A stretch of 64,000 nt of DNA from an uncultured Acidobacteriota bacterium. GTDB lineage: Bacteria > Acidobacteriota > UBA6911. Positions 10,978 through 19,110 of the stretch are shown piece after piece. The DNA lies in NCBI GenBank assembly GCA_963843575.1, contig CAWJKZ010000013.1, positions 766,891 through 830,890 on the forward strand. The letters run 5' to 3'. A program made the translations under genes and the position numbers. Each line of letters opens with the position of its first letter. Within the stretch, counting starts at the first letter, position 1. The notes beneath the pieces are model-generated. The model did no database searches, had not been told where the DNA came from, and saw only the letters and a list, made by a program, of their open reading frames with translations.

Positions 10978-12091
10978 ATGGCAGGACGTGTACTTAAGGT
11001 CGACTCCTCTTCACCGTACCGCCTCGCAGCCGGGGTTGGAGGGATAGGGACCGGCTTGTTGTTCGCCCTGGCAGGGGATCACACGCTCGGGCGCAACGAG
11101 AGCCGCCCCGGCCGACTGCTCGACGTGCGCGACTACTGCAAACTCCACATCGTCTTCCACTACGTCTCGGTTCTGCTCGGAGCGCGGCCGTCGGGCGACC
11201 CGTTCCGGGTCCTGCCGATCGGGAAGGTCGGCGCAGACGCAGCCGGCGAACGCCTGCGGGGCGAGATGTCCGCCGCCGGCATGGATCTCCGCTTCCTCGG
11301 GGCGGCGGTGGACCGGCCAACCCTCCTGAGTGTATGTTTTCAATATCCCGACGGCGCGGGAGGCAACATCACAACCACCGAGTCCGCCGCTGCTGCGCTG
11401 GGGCCGGAGGACCTCGACTCTGCCGCTCGGTTCCTGGAGTCTGCCGGCGGGCGATACCTTGCGCTCTCTGCGCCCGAAGTGTCGCTGGAGTCCAGGAGGC
11501 GCCTGCTGGAGATAGCATCCCGTCATGGGGCGTTCCGGGCCGCCTCGTTCGCGAGCGCCGAGATCCGCGCCGCGCGTGAGACGGGCATGTTCGAGCTGCT
11601 GGACCTCGTCGCGCTGAACGAAGACGAGGCGTCGATGCTGGGTGAAAAGTTCCGGGCGGAGGCGCCCGAGCGTTTCCTAGAACACTGCTGGCGGGAGCTG
11701 TCCGGGCACAATCCCGGCCTCCGGGTCGTCGTGACGGCGGGCCGGAACGGCGCGTTCGGCTGCGAGCGCGGGTCGTGGGAACACAGCCCCTCGCTTCCAG
11801 TGCCGGTGTCCGGCACCGCGGGGGCCGGCGACGCACTGCTCGGCGGGCTCCTCGCCTGCACGGCGGCCGGCGTCCCGTTCATCACCCCCGGTGTGCCGCG
11901 CCGGGCGCTTTCCGACCGACCGCTGGCCGGCGCGCTCGACCTCGGCGGTGTTGCTCGCGGCATTTACCTTGACCTCGCCGCACACGATTCACCCGGACGC
12001 GACGCTCGACTCGCTGATCGATTTCGCGGGCCGGCACGGCCTGGAGTTCGATTCCACACTGGCGCGGCACTGGACCGCAGCGACGGAGTAA
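10978..12091 (+). CDS. PfkB-family carbohydrate kinase (frameshift near 11945)
   Basis: IGKVGADAAG, LNEDEA, VTAGRNGA, GTAGAGDA; the C-terminus LLAAFTLTSPHTIHPD lies in another frame ending at TAA 12091. Confidence 0.85.
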
Positions 12092-12096
12092 ACCCC

Positions 12097-13482
12097 ATGG
12101 ACGACCTGACCGACAACCCGACCGCGGCCGAAGCCGCCCGCACCGCGCGCCGGCTGGTGAGGCCCGTGCGTGAGGACATCGTTGCGCTGCTGCAGCAGCT
12201 CGTGCGCGCCGACACGGTCGCCGTCCCCCCGAGGGGCAACGAAGCCGCAGGCCAGAAGGTCCTCGTCCGCGCGCTCAAGGCCAGGAAGATCGACGTCGAG
12301 ATGTACGACACCGGGACCATGAACGAGGCCGACCACCCTTACGCGCGGCGGAGCCGCGATTACTCCGGACGGCCCAACGTCGTCGCGCGGCTGACCGGTT
12401 CCGGGGGCGGCCGCAGCCTGCTCCTGAACGGACACATCGACACGGTGCCGCCCGGGCCGAACCCCTGGAAAGACGACCCGTGGTCTGGAAGAATCGCCCG
12501 CGGACGCCTCTACGGCCGCGGGAGCTTCGACATGAAGGGCGGCCTTGCCGCGCAGTTCGGCGTCATATTGGCCCTCAAGCGCGCAGGCCTGCGTCTGGCC
12601 GGGGACCTCCTGTGCGAATCGGTGGTCGACGAGGAGTGGGGCGGCGGCGGCGGGACGCTCGCCGCCCGACTGCGCGGCGACACCGCGGACGCCTGCTCGA
12701 TCGGGGAAGTGACAAACCTGTCCCTGCTCCGGGCCACGCGCGGAGGCTACATCTTCGAGATCGCCGCGCGCGCCGGTGATCCGTCCCGGTATTTCTCCAA
12801 GGAGGAAGTGATCGGCCCGGCCGTCCCCATGGGACGGCTGTTGGGCTGGGTGGACGAGTGGGCACGGAAACGAAGGCAGGTGGACAAGCGCGGGGCCTAC
12901 GCCGAATTCCCCGACCCGGCACCCGTGCAGGTGCTCGCGCTCGAGGCGAACCGGTTCGATCCCGAAACGCCGTGGAGCGTCCCATTGACGGCCCGGGTGT
13001 GCATCTACCTGCAGTTCCTGCCGCACGAGGATGTGCCGGCGGTGATCGACCAGGTCAAGGCCTCGTTCCGCCGATTCTGTCGCTCCGACCCATTCTTCCG
13101 CGCCTATCCCCCCGAGTGGCGCGACATCCTCGCCCCCCCACTGCTCGGTCACGAGCTGGACGCCGGTCACGAATGGGTGCAATGCATGGCCCGGAGCGCC
13201 TCAGCCGTGCTGCGACGCCCGGTGCGCCCGGCGGCCGCGGAGTTCCCCTGCGATGCGTTTCTGCAGCAGAACCTGTTCGGGATCCCTACGGTCGTCTTCG
13301 GCCCATGCGGGGCCGGGGCGCACAATCAGGACGAGTATGTCACGATAACGTCGGTGATCCGGACCGCCGAAACCCTCCTGGCGGCGGCGTTGATCTGGTG
13401 CAGCGCGACGATCACGGGAAGCAGTTCTCCGCCGGGACGCGACGCGATCCGAGACTCGAACCGCAAACGGAGGAAACAATGA
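12097..13482 (+). CDS. M20 family (ArgE/DapE-like) deacylase
   Basis: LNGHIDTVP, GRGSFDMKGG, VVDEE and GAHNQDEY metal-ligand motifs. Confidence 0.9.
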   Translation: MDDLTDNPTAAEAARTARRLVRPVREDIVALLQQLVRADTVAVPPRGNEAAGQKVLVRALKARKIDVEMYDTGTMNEADHPYARRSRDYSGRPNVVARLTGSGGGRSLLLNGHIDTVPPGPNPWKDDPWSGRIARGRLYGRGSFDMKGGLAAQFGVILALKRAGLRLAGDLLCESVVDEEWGGGGGTLAARLRGDTADACSIGEVTNLSLLRATRGGYIFEIAARAGDPSRYFSKEEVIGPAVPMGRLLGWVDEWARKRRQVDKRGAYAEFPDPAPVQVLALEANRFDPETPWSVPLTARVCIYLQFLPHEDVPAVIDQVKASFRRFCRSDPFFRAYPPEWRDILAPPLLGHELDAGHEWVQCMARSASAVLRRPVRPAAAEFPCDAFLQQNLFGIPTVVFGPCGAGAHNQDEYVTITSVIRTAETLLAAALIWCSATITGSSSPPGRDAIRDSNRKRRKQ

Positions 13483-14513
13483 CTCTTTGGAAAATAGCCG
13501 CGACTGCCGCGCTTCTCCTGGCGGTGAATGGCGTGGCACAGACGGGGCTGCAACGCATCGATGCGCATGCCCACACCTACCTGGCAGACCCGGTGTTTCT
13601 CCAGATGCTGGAGCGCCAGAACGTGCGCGTCCTGAACATCTGCGTCGTGGACAAGTACGAGAAGGGTTACGAGGAAGCCCCGCTGCAGCACGCGCTGGCT
13701 CTGAAGGTCTATCGTGCCGCAAAAGGGCGGGTGCCCTGGTGCTCGACCTTCGACCCGCAGGATTTCGAAAGCCCCGGCTTCGCACAGCGCGCCATCGCCC
13801 AACTCGAGGAGACGTACCGCAACGGCGCCGTCGCAGTGAAAATCTACAAGAGCATCGGGATGGATCTGAAAAAGCGTTCGGGCGCCTACCTGATGCCGGA
13901 CGATCCCGTCTTCGATCCCATCTTCCAGTCTGTGGCGGCGCACGACAAGACGCTGTACGCCCACATCGCGGAGCCGATCGGGGCGTGGCGGCCGCTCGAT
14001 CCCAAGGATCCCGATTACGGATACTACAAGGCGAGCCCCGCCTGGCACATGTACGGCCACCCCGATAAACCGAGCAAGGAGCAGATCCTTGCCGCACGCG
14101 ACCGGATGATCGCGCGAAACCCCAAGCTCCGCGTGGTAGGGTGCCACCTCGGCAGCATGGAGGAGGACGTCTCCCAGATCGCGCTGCGGCTCGACCGCTA
14201 CCCGAATTTCGCCGTCGACACCGCTGCCCGCATCACCCACCTTGCCCTTCAACCGCGCGACAAGGTGCGCGCATTCCTGACGAAGTACCAGGACCGGGTT
14301 TTATACGCCACCGACCTCACGGCCATGACCTGGGATAATCCCGAAACGGTCGCAAAGCGCTGGGCGGCGGAGTACGACCGCGACTGGAAATACTTCGCGA
14401 CCGATCAGGCCGTCGAGTTCGACGGCCGCAAGGTCGCGGGCCTTGCGCTGCCGGATCCCGTCCTCCGGAAGATTTTTCGCGACAATGCCTTGAAGTGGGT
14501 GCCGGGCATGTAG
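13479..14513 (+). CDS. Secreted amidohydrolase-family (TIM barrel) protein
   Basis: Signal peptide, then IDAHAH, VKIYK, AHIAEP, GCHLGS, YATD; ATGA overlap with the upstream stop. Confidence 0.85.
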   Translation: MTLWKIAATAALLLAVNGVAQTGLQRIDAHAHTYLADPVFLQMLERQNVRVLNICVVDKYEKGYEEAPLQHALALKVYRAAKGRVPWCSTFDPQDFESPGFAQRAIAQLEETYRNGAVAVKIYKSIGMDLKKRSGAYLMPDDPVFDPIFQSVAAHDKTLYAHIAEPIGAWRPLDPKDPDYGYYKASPAWHMYGHPDKPSKEQILAARDRMIARNPKLRVVGCHLGSMEEDVSQIALRLDRYPNFAVDTAARITHLALQPRDKVRAFLTKYQDRVLYATDLTAMTWDNPETVAKRWAAEYDRDWKYFATDQAVEFDGRKVAGLALPDPVLRKIFRDNALKWVPGM

Positions 14514-14602
14514 GCGTCCCCAGCCACGGCCTTGGAGCCCACGAGGTCGGCCACAGGGATGCCCCTCGAAGGGTTCAGGGACTCCACCAAATGTGGTTCG
14601 GG

Positions 14603-14626
14603 GCGGCGCCGAGCCGCCGCACTCCA
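14603..14626. repeat. REP-like palindrome (TGGAGTGCGGC family), copy 1
   Basis: GCGGCGCCGAGCCGCCGCACTCCA; 23/24 identical to 44521-44544. Confidence 0.75.
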
Positions 14627-14797
14627 CATCGAGGCAGCATGAAATACGGCGCCCTGACGGCAGGCTTAAATTGTTTTCGCCGCATTCGGGTTTCCGGACG
14701 CAAGGGCGGGGGTCAGCGTCTGGCAGGGTACGCTCGCTGCTGTTGCCCGACAGGTCGCATTCCCACTATCTGGCCCGGAAGCGCTGAGCGGGACGTT

Positions 14798-14828
14798 GAA
14801 AACGGGCCGCGCCGACCCGACGCGGCCC
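14798..14828 (-). terminator. Probable intrinsic terminator; also a member of the GGGCCGCG hairpin repeat family
   Basis: Minus strand reads GGGCCGCG-9nt-CGCGGCCC-GTTTTC, 13 nt after the stop of 14842..15354. Confidence 0.6.
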
Positions 14829-14841
14829 TGAGACGATACGG

Positions 14842-15354
14842 TTACGGCTGGCCTGGGATCGTTTTGGCAGGCTCGGGCTTCTGGAGCATTTTCAAAGCCT
14901 CGGCGGAGAGCTTGAACTTGATCGTGGCGGCGCCGTTCTTTATGTCGAACTCCTTGGTGAGGTCGACCTTCTTGTCGAACTGAACGATACCGTCGATGCG
15001 CTGCCCCTTGGCTGCGGTCCCCTCAAAATTCTTGATGTTCTGCGTGGTTCCCTTCACCGATTCGCCGCCCTGCATGAGGGTAAAATCAGTGTCGACCTGG
15101 ATGTCCTTTTCGGGCATGCCCTGGACGTAAAGCATCGTTCCCAGGTTCGCGCGGGCCCTCAGCGCGTACTTCCCGGGGGCCTCGAACAGCACGTCGACCG
15201 TGCGGTCGTTCAGGTGCACGAAGCTGAGGGTCACGCCGTCGTAGGTGCCCGTCCGGGTAAACTCCTTCAGCAAGGCAGCCTTGTCGACCTCCTGGGCGAA
15301 GGCGCAGGATCCGAGCAAAACCACCACTGGCAACAGCCTCAAAAACATTCTCAT
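14842..15354 (-). CDS. Hypothetical exported protein
   Basis: 170 aa, signal peptide ending AFA, GGAG RBS, Lys-rich composition typical of a real gene. Confidence 0.8.
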   Translation of the reverse strand: MRMFLRLLPVVVLLGSCAFAQEVDKAALLKEFTRTGTYDGVTLSFVHLNDRTVDVLFEAPGKYALRARANLGTMLYVQGMPEKDIQVDTDFTLMQGGESVKGTTQNIKNFEGTAAKGQRIDGIVQFDKKVDLTKEFDIKNGAATIKFKLSAEALKMLQKPEPAKTIPGQP

Positions 15355-15494
15355 GATTTCGTAATCTCCCTAGTTACTCCAGAACTACCGTGCAAAGCAA
15401 AAATAGACCGGTCAGCATACGCCCCATTGCCGCGCTTCGCAACGAAATTGGGACACGCGGGCAGGCCGCTCCGGCTTGCCCGAAGCTACGGGGG

Positions 15495-16468
15495 TGCGTG
15501 GCGCACGAACGACTCCACCTACATGGTCTACGACCCGGCCAACCTCAAGCTGGTGCTGAAAGGGGGCGCGACCTATTTCTTCAACTACGCCGACCCGCTC
15601 GATCCCACGATCCGCTACGCCACCCGGGTGCGCGACACGAACGGGAACTATCTCGACATCGCCTATGCCGGCAGCGGCGGCCGCATCACCACGATCCAGG
15701 ACACCCTGGGCGGCACCTACACGTTCCTCCTCGACGCCAACAGCCATCTTCAGCAGATCAAGTACTGGAACACCAACGACACCACCCAGGCCACCAGCAC
15801 CCTGACGCTGAGCTACGAGTCCGAGGCGGTGCAGTTCGGGGCCGGGGAGCCGACCGACCCCACCCTGCCGGCGCAATACGCCATGACGCAGGTGATCTAC
15901 CCTACCGGGGTGCGCTACCACTTTTCCTACAACTCCAGCGGGGAGGTCGCGGACATCACCTAACCCGCCGGCGGGCATAGCCGGTATTTCTATACGACCT
16001 ACCAGGTGTACGACCGGCTGCTGGGCCAGCAGGTGCGCGAACACATGGTGACCAGCCACGACACGGGAGACGGCACTCTCAGCCAGACCTGGGCCTATGC
16101 TGCTCTATTCGACGACGATCACGCTGCCGACCGAGCCTTACCAGACCATTGTCACGCACTACATGAGAAAGTCCAGCCCGGGGTGGGCCGAGGGATTCCT
16201 GACCTCGTCGACCTCCTTCTGGCTGTCGGGCGTATACGCGGAGACCGTCCAGGACTGGACCCAGGACGACGAGTTCATAACCGACGTCAAGAATCCCCGG
16301 GTGACCTATTCCGAGAAGAAGCTGAAGGGGACTCCCGACCTGCCCATCCGGACCGAATACACCTATGCGGCCGCCACGGATTACAGCGGGAACGTCAAAG
16401 AGGTCAGGGAGTTCACGTTTGCCGGAGCCTTGCGACGAAAGACGGTCTTCAACTACCGGCAGGACTGA
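15495..16468 (+). pseudogene. RHS/YD-repeat protein fragment
   Basis: RDTNGNYLDIAY, IQDTLG, IYPTG..Y.FSYNSSGEV repeats; in-frame TAA at 15961-15963, frameshift ~16110, no start codon and no RHS core end. Confidence 0.8.
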
Positions 16469-16469
16469 C

Positions 16470-16920
16470 TCAAGCTGGCGGAGTCACAAGGCAGACGTGA
16501 ACTGTACGGTCGGATTACCGTTTCAGCCGCCGGGATTTGCGCGAGTACACGTGTTGGGGCAATACGGCGCCGAAGACCCACCTGGCGCGGCCGGAGGGAC
16601 TCGAATACCTGCTGATCCACCGCGGCGGCCGCGGTCAGATTTTCGTTTACGAGCTCGTTTTCGAGCGCAGCGCCGGCGACGACAAACCGGTGCTGCACGG
16701 CCTGATCGACGTTCAGAAATTGCGCTACGACGAAAACCGGTCGGGGCCGGAAGGGGTCAAGTCGGCCCCAGGTCGGGGGGATGTCAGAGGGTGGTCGGGG
16801 CAAGCCCGAGCCGGTAACGACGGGCCTCGGCGCGGGATTTCGGCTGTTTTTGCGAAAAAACACTGATACCGGGGTGGCGGAAGAAAACCCGGTCGTAATC
16901 GTAGCCGCAGGAGGACGCTG
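16470..16920 (+). pseudogene. C-terminal remnant of an element-borne DNA primase/helicase-like protein
   Basis: YRFSRRDLREYTCWGNT..KTHLAR.E.LEYLLIHRGGRGQ.FVYEL matches my recollection of the C-terminus of CHC2-primase proteins in RHS/XerC-associated elements; N-terminus missing. Confidence 0.65.
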
Positions 16921-17059
16921 ACCATGGCCCGCTTCGTCAAAAAACGAAAACCCGCCCCGCCGCCGGCCTCCCCCTTTTGCGGCTCTGGCCGAGAAGCACC
17001 TCGAAGATACCGGATGGGAAAACTGCCTAAGCCTGGGGCATTTTTCCTGAGTCGGAGGG

Positions 17060-17728
17060 TCAGGAACCCGTCACCATCTGTTGAACGCGGAAAACGTAGC
17101 GGATGATGCGCGAGCGGTCCGGCTCGGTGATCGAGAGGAAGTAAATGCCCGTGTGGTACGTGGGCTTATCGGGCGCGGAGCCCGGGACGATCTCCGAGTG
17201 CACCACCTTGGCGACGATCTTGATGATCGGGAGTTCGGCGGGGAGGGTCAGTTTGACCTCGAGGGTCGTGCCTTCGGGGAAAGGCGCGTCGCCACGGATC
17301 CCTATGCCCGATCCGCTGAGGTCGTAGGTGTGTGTTCTCAGATGAATGGCGCTGTCGGGCTGCCCGGGCGACCTGTCCGGGCGGTTGCCGATCATCTCCA
17401 CTGCGACCGCGGTGCGCACGCGGAAGTACTGCCGTCTCTGGATGCGTTCCGCCACGCCGCTCGGCCGGACGCGAAGCTGCGGGATGGGATGCTGCTCGCG
17501 CTGCTCGACGATGCCGCCGAAAGCGTAGGCCGCATCCTGTCGCACGAACGACATCCAGATCTGCTGCTGCTCTCGGATCGGCAGGCGCACGCCGCGGTCG
17601 GTCGGCCACGCGATGACGATGCACCCCTCCGCGAGATCGTTGACCCGGCTCGGGTAGGTAAGCGAGTCCGGAGCGTCCATCATTTTGACCTGAAGCAGCT
17701 CGTTTATCTCGATCGGAGCTTCTTTCAA
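17060..17728 (-). CDS. YcgR-like PilZ-domain (c-di-GMP-binding) flagellar brake protein
   Basis: QRRQYFRV (RxxxR) and DLSGSG (DxSxxG) motifs after a YcgR-type N-domain; start uncertain, TTG 17728 chosen. Confidence 0.9.
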   Translation of the reverse strand: MKEAPIEINELLQVKMMDAPDSLTYPSRVNDLAEGCIVIAWPTDRGVRLPIREQQQIWMSFVRQDAAYAFGGIVEQREQHPIPQLRVRPSGVAERIQRRQYFRVRTAVAVEMIGNRPDRSPGQPDSAIHLRTHTYDLSGSGIGIRGDAPFPEGTTLEVKLTLPAELPIIKIVAKVVHSEIVPGSAPDKPTYHTGIYFLSITEPDRSRIIRYVFRVQQMVTGS

Positions 17729-17781
17729 TTGCGCCTGCCTCGCCCGGGCGGACCACTGTGTTCGCGGCGGTTCTCTTCTTG

Positions 17782-17809
17782 ATATCGGAAATGGGACGCG
17801 GAAGCCATA
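17782..17809 (-). promoter_or_regulatory. Candidate sigma28 promoter for the PilZ gene
   Basis: Minus strand TATG-N16-TCCGATAT; good -10, weak -35. Confidence 0.4.
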
Positions 17810-17961
17810 CAAAAATCGAGGCATCTTAGCACATCGACGCGAGCGCGACGCGCGGGCCTTTTTGCCTTGCCCGTGGACGCGCAGCTGAGCTACAAAGGGA
17901 CTCTGATGCCACGCGCCCGGCCATGAAGGCCGGGCGTGGATCCTTCGGACGCGCGCCCCAC

Positions 17962-19110
17962 ATGAGACCTGTCCGCTTCATTCACACATCCGACATCCAC
18001 CTGGACACGAGTTTCTCCGGAGCGACCCTCCCGTCGAGACTGGGGGACCGCAAACGCGAGGCGGTGCGCGGCACTTTCCGCCGCATCCTCGAGGAAGCGG
18101 CCCGCTTGCCCGCGGACTTTGTGCTTGTGGCCGGGGATCTGTTCGAGCACGACCGGGTCACCGCCGACACGGTCGAGTTCCTCAAGCAGCAGTTTGCGGC
18201 GCTGGGCGCGATTCGAGTCTTCATCGCTCCTGGGAACCACGACCCTTACCTGCACGGGTCGCCCTACCAGGGTGAAGTCTGGCCGAACAACGTCCACATC
18301 TTCCGCGAGGAGCGGTTTCAGTCGGTGGAGATGGCGGACATCGGAGTGCGCGTCACGGGCTTCGGCTTCAACCGCACCCGGATGTACGACCGGCCATTCG
18401 CGGGCCTCGCGCCCCTCCCGGCCGACGGAGTCAACGTCGTCCTGGCGCACGCTTCGGAGTCGGGGCGCCTGCCGGCGGGCAAAACCGGGCACGCCCCCTT
18501 TGCCATAGACGAAGTCGCAGGGAAGAACATCGCCTACTGCGCGCTGGGGCACTATCATCAGCAACGCCCGGTGGAGAACCCCATCGACCGGACTCAGGTC
18601 TGGTACTCGGGGATCCCGGAAGGTCGGGCCTGGGACGAGGAGAAGGGCTGCGGGTACCTGAGCTGCGAAATCGGGGAGGACACCCTCGTTTCGATCCAAG
18701 ACCGACGCTGTGAACAGCACCCCTTCCGGACGATCGCCGTCTGCTGCGAGGGTTTCACCACGCGGGAGCAGATCGTCGACGCCATCCGGCAGCAACGGGA
18801 TTTGCTCTACGACGCATCGACTATCCTGCGCGTCCGGCTCGAAGGCGCGGTGGACCCCCGGCTGGACCTCTCCTGGACAGAACTCGAGGAACGACTGACG
18901 GGGGAGGCTCTGCACCTGGTCTGGGAGAACCGGACGCAACCGGCGATTGACTTCGAGGCGATGGCCCGCGAAAACACCCTGCGCGGCCAGTTCGCCAGGG
19001 CAATGAACGAACAGGTGGCCGCCGCCCCGGACGACGAGCGCGAGGTTCTCGAGCGCGCCCGCCTTTACGGGCTGCAGTCCCTCCTCGACCGTGAGGTGCG
19101 CGTCCGGTGA
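17962..19110 (+). CDS. Mre11/SbcD-like DNA repair exonuclease (YhaO type)
   Basis: HTSDIHLD, AGDLFE, PGNHD and ALGHYH metallophosphoesterase motifs. Confidence 0.93.
   Translation: MRPVRFIHTSDIHLDTSFSGATLPSRLGDRKREAVRGTFRRILEEAARLPADFVLVAGDLFEHDRVTADTVEFLKQQFAALGAIRVFIAPGNHDPYLHGSPYQGEVWPNNVHIFREERFQSVEMADIGVRVTGFGFNRTRMYDRPFAGLAPLPADGVNVVLAHASESGRLPAGKTGHAPFAIDEVAGKNIAYCALGHYHQQRPVENPIDRTQVWYSGIPEGRAWDEEKGCGYLSCEIGEDTLVSIQDRRCEQHPFRTIAVCCEGFTTREQIVDAIRQQRDLLYDASTILRVRLEGAVDPRLDLSWTELEERLTGEALHLVWENRTQPAIDFEAMARENTLRGQFARAMNEQVAAAPDDEREVLERARLYGLQSLLDREVRVR

Larger units (their letters stand above)
15495..16980 (+). mobile_element. Degraded RHS-primase-tyrosine recombinase element remnant
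   Basis: Adjacent RHS fragment, primase C-terminus and a short ATG-initiated stub MARFVKKRKPAPPP (16924) with GGAGG RBS. Confidence 0.5.

Noticed and set aside
10567-13482. 971-aa ORF suggesting a PfkB-M20 peptidase fusion
   Set aside because: A frameshift near 11945 bypasses the PfkB stop at 12091; the PfkB C-terminus is in another frame and the M20 gene has its own GGAG RBS and ATG at 12097.
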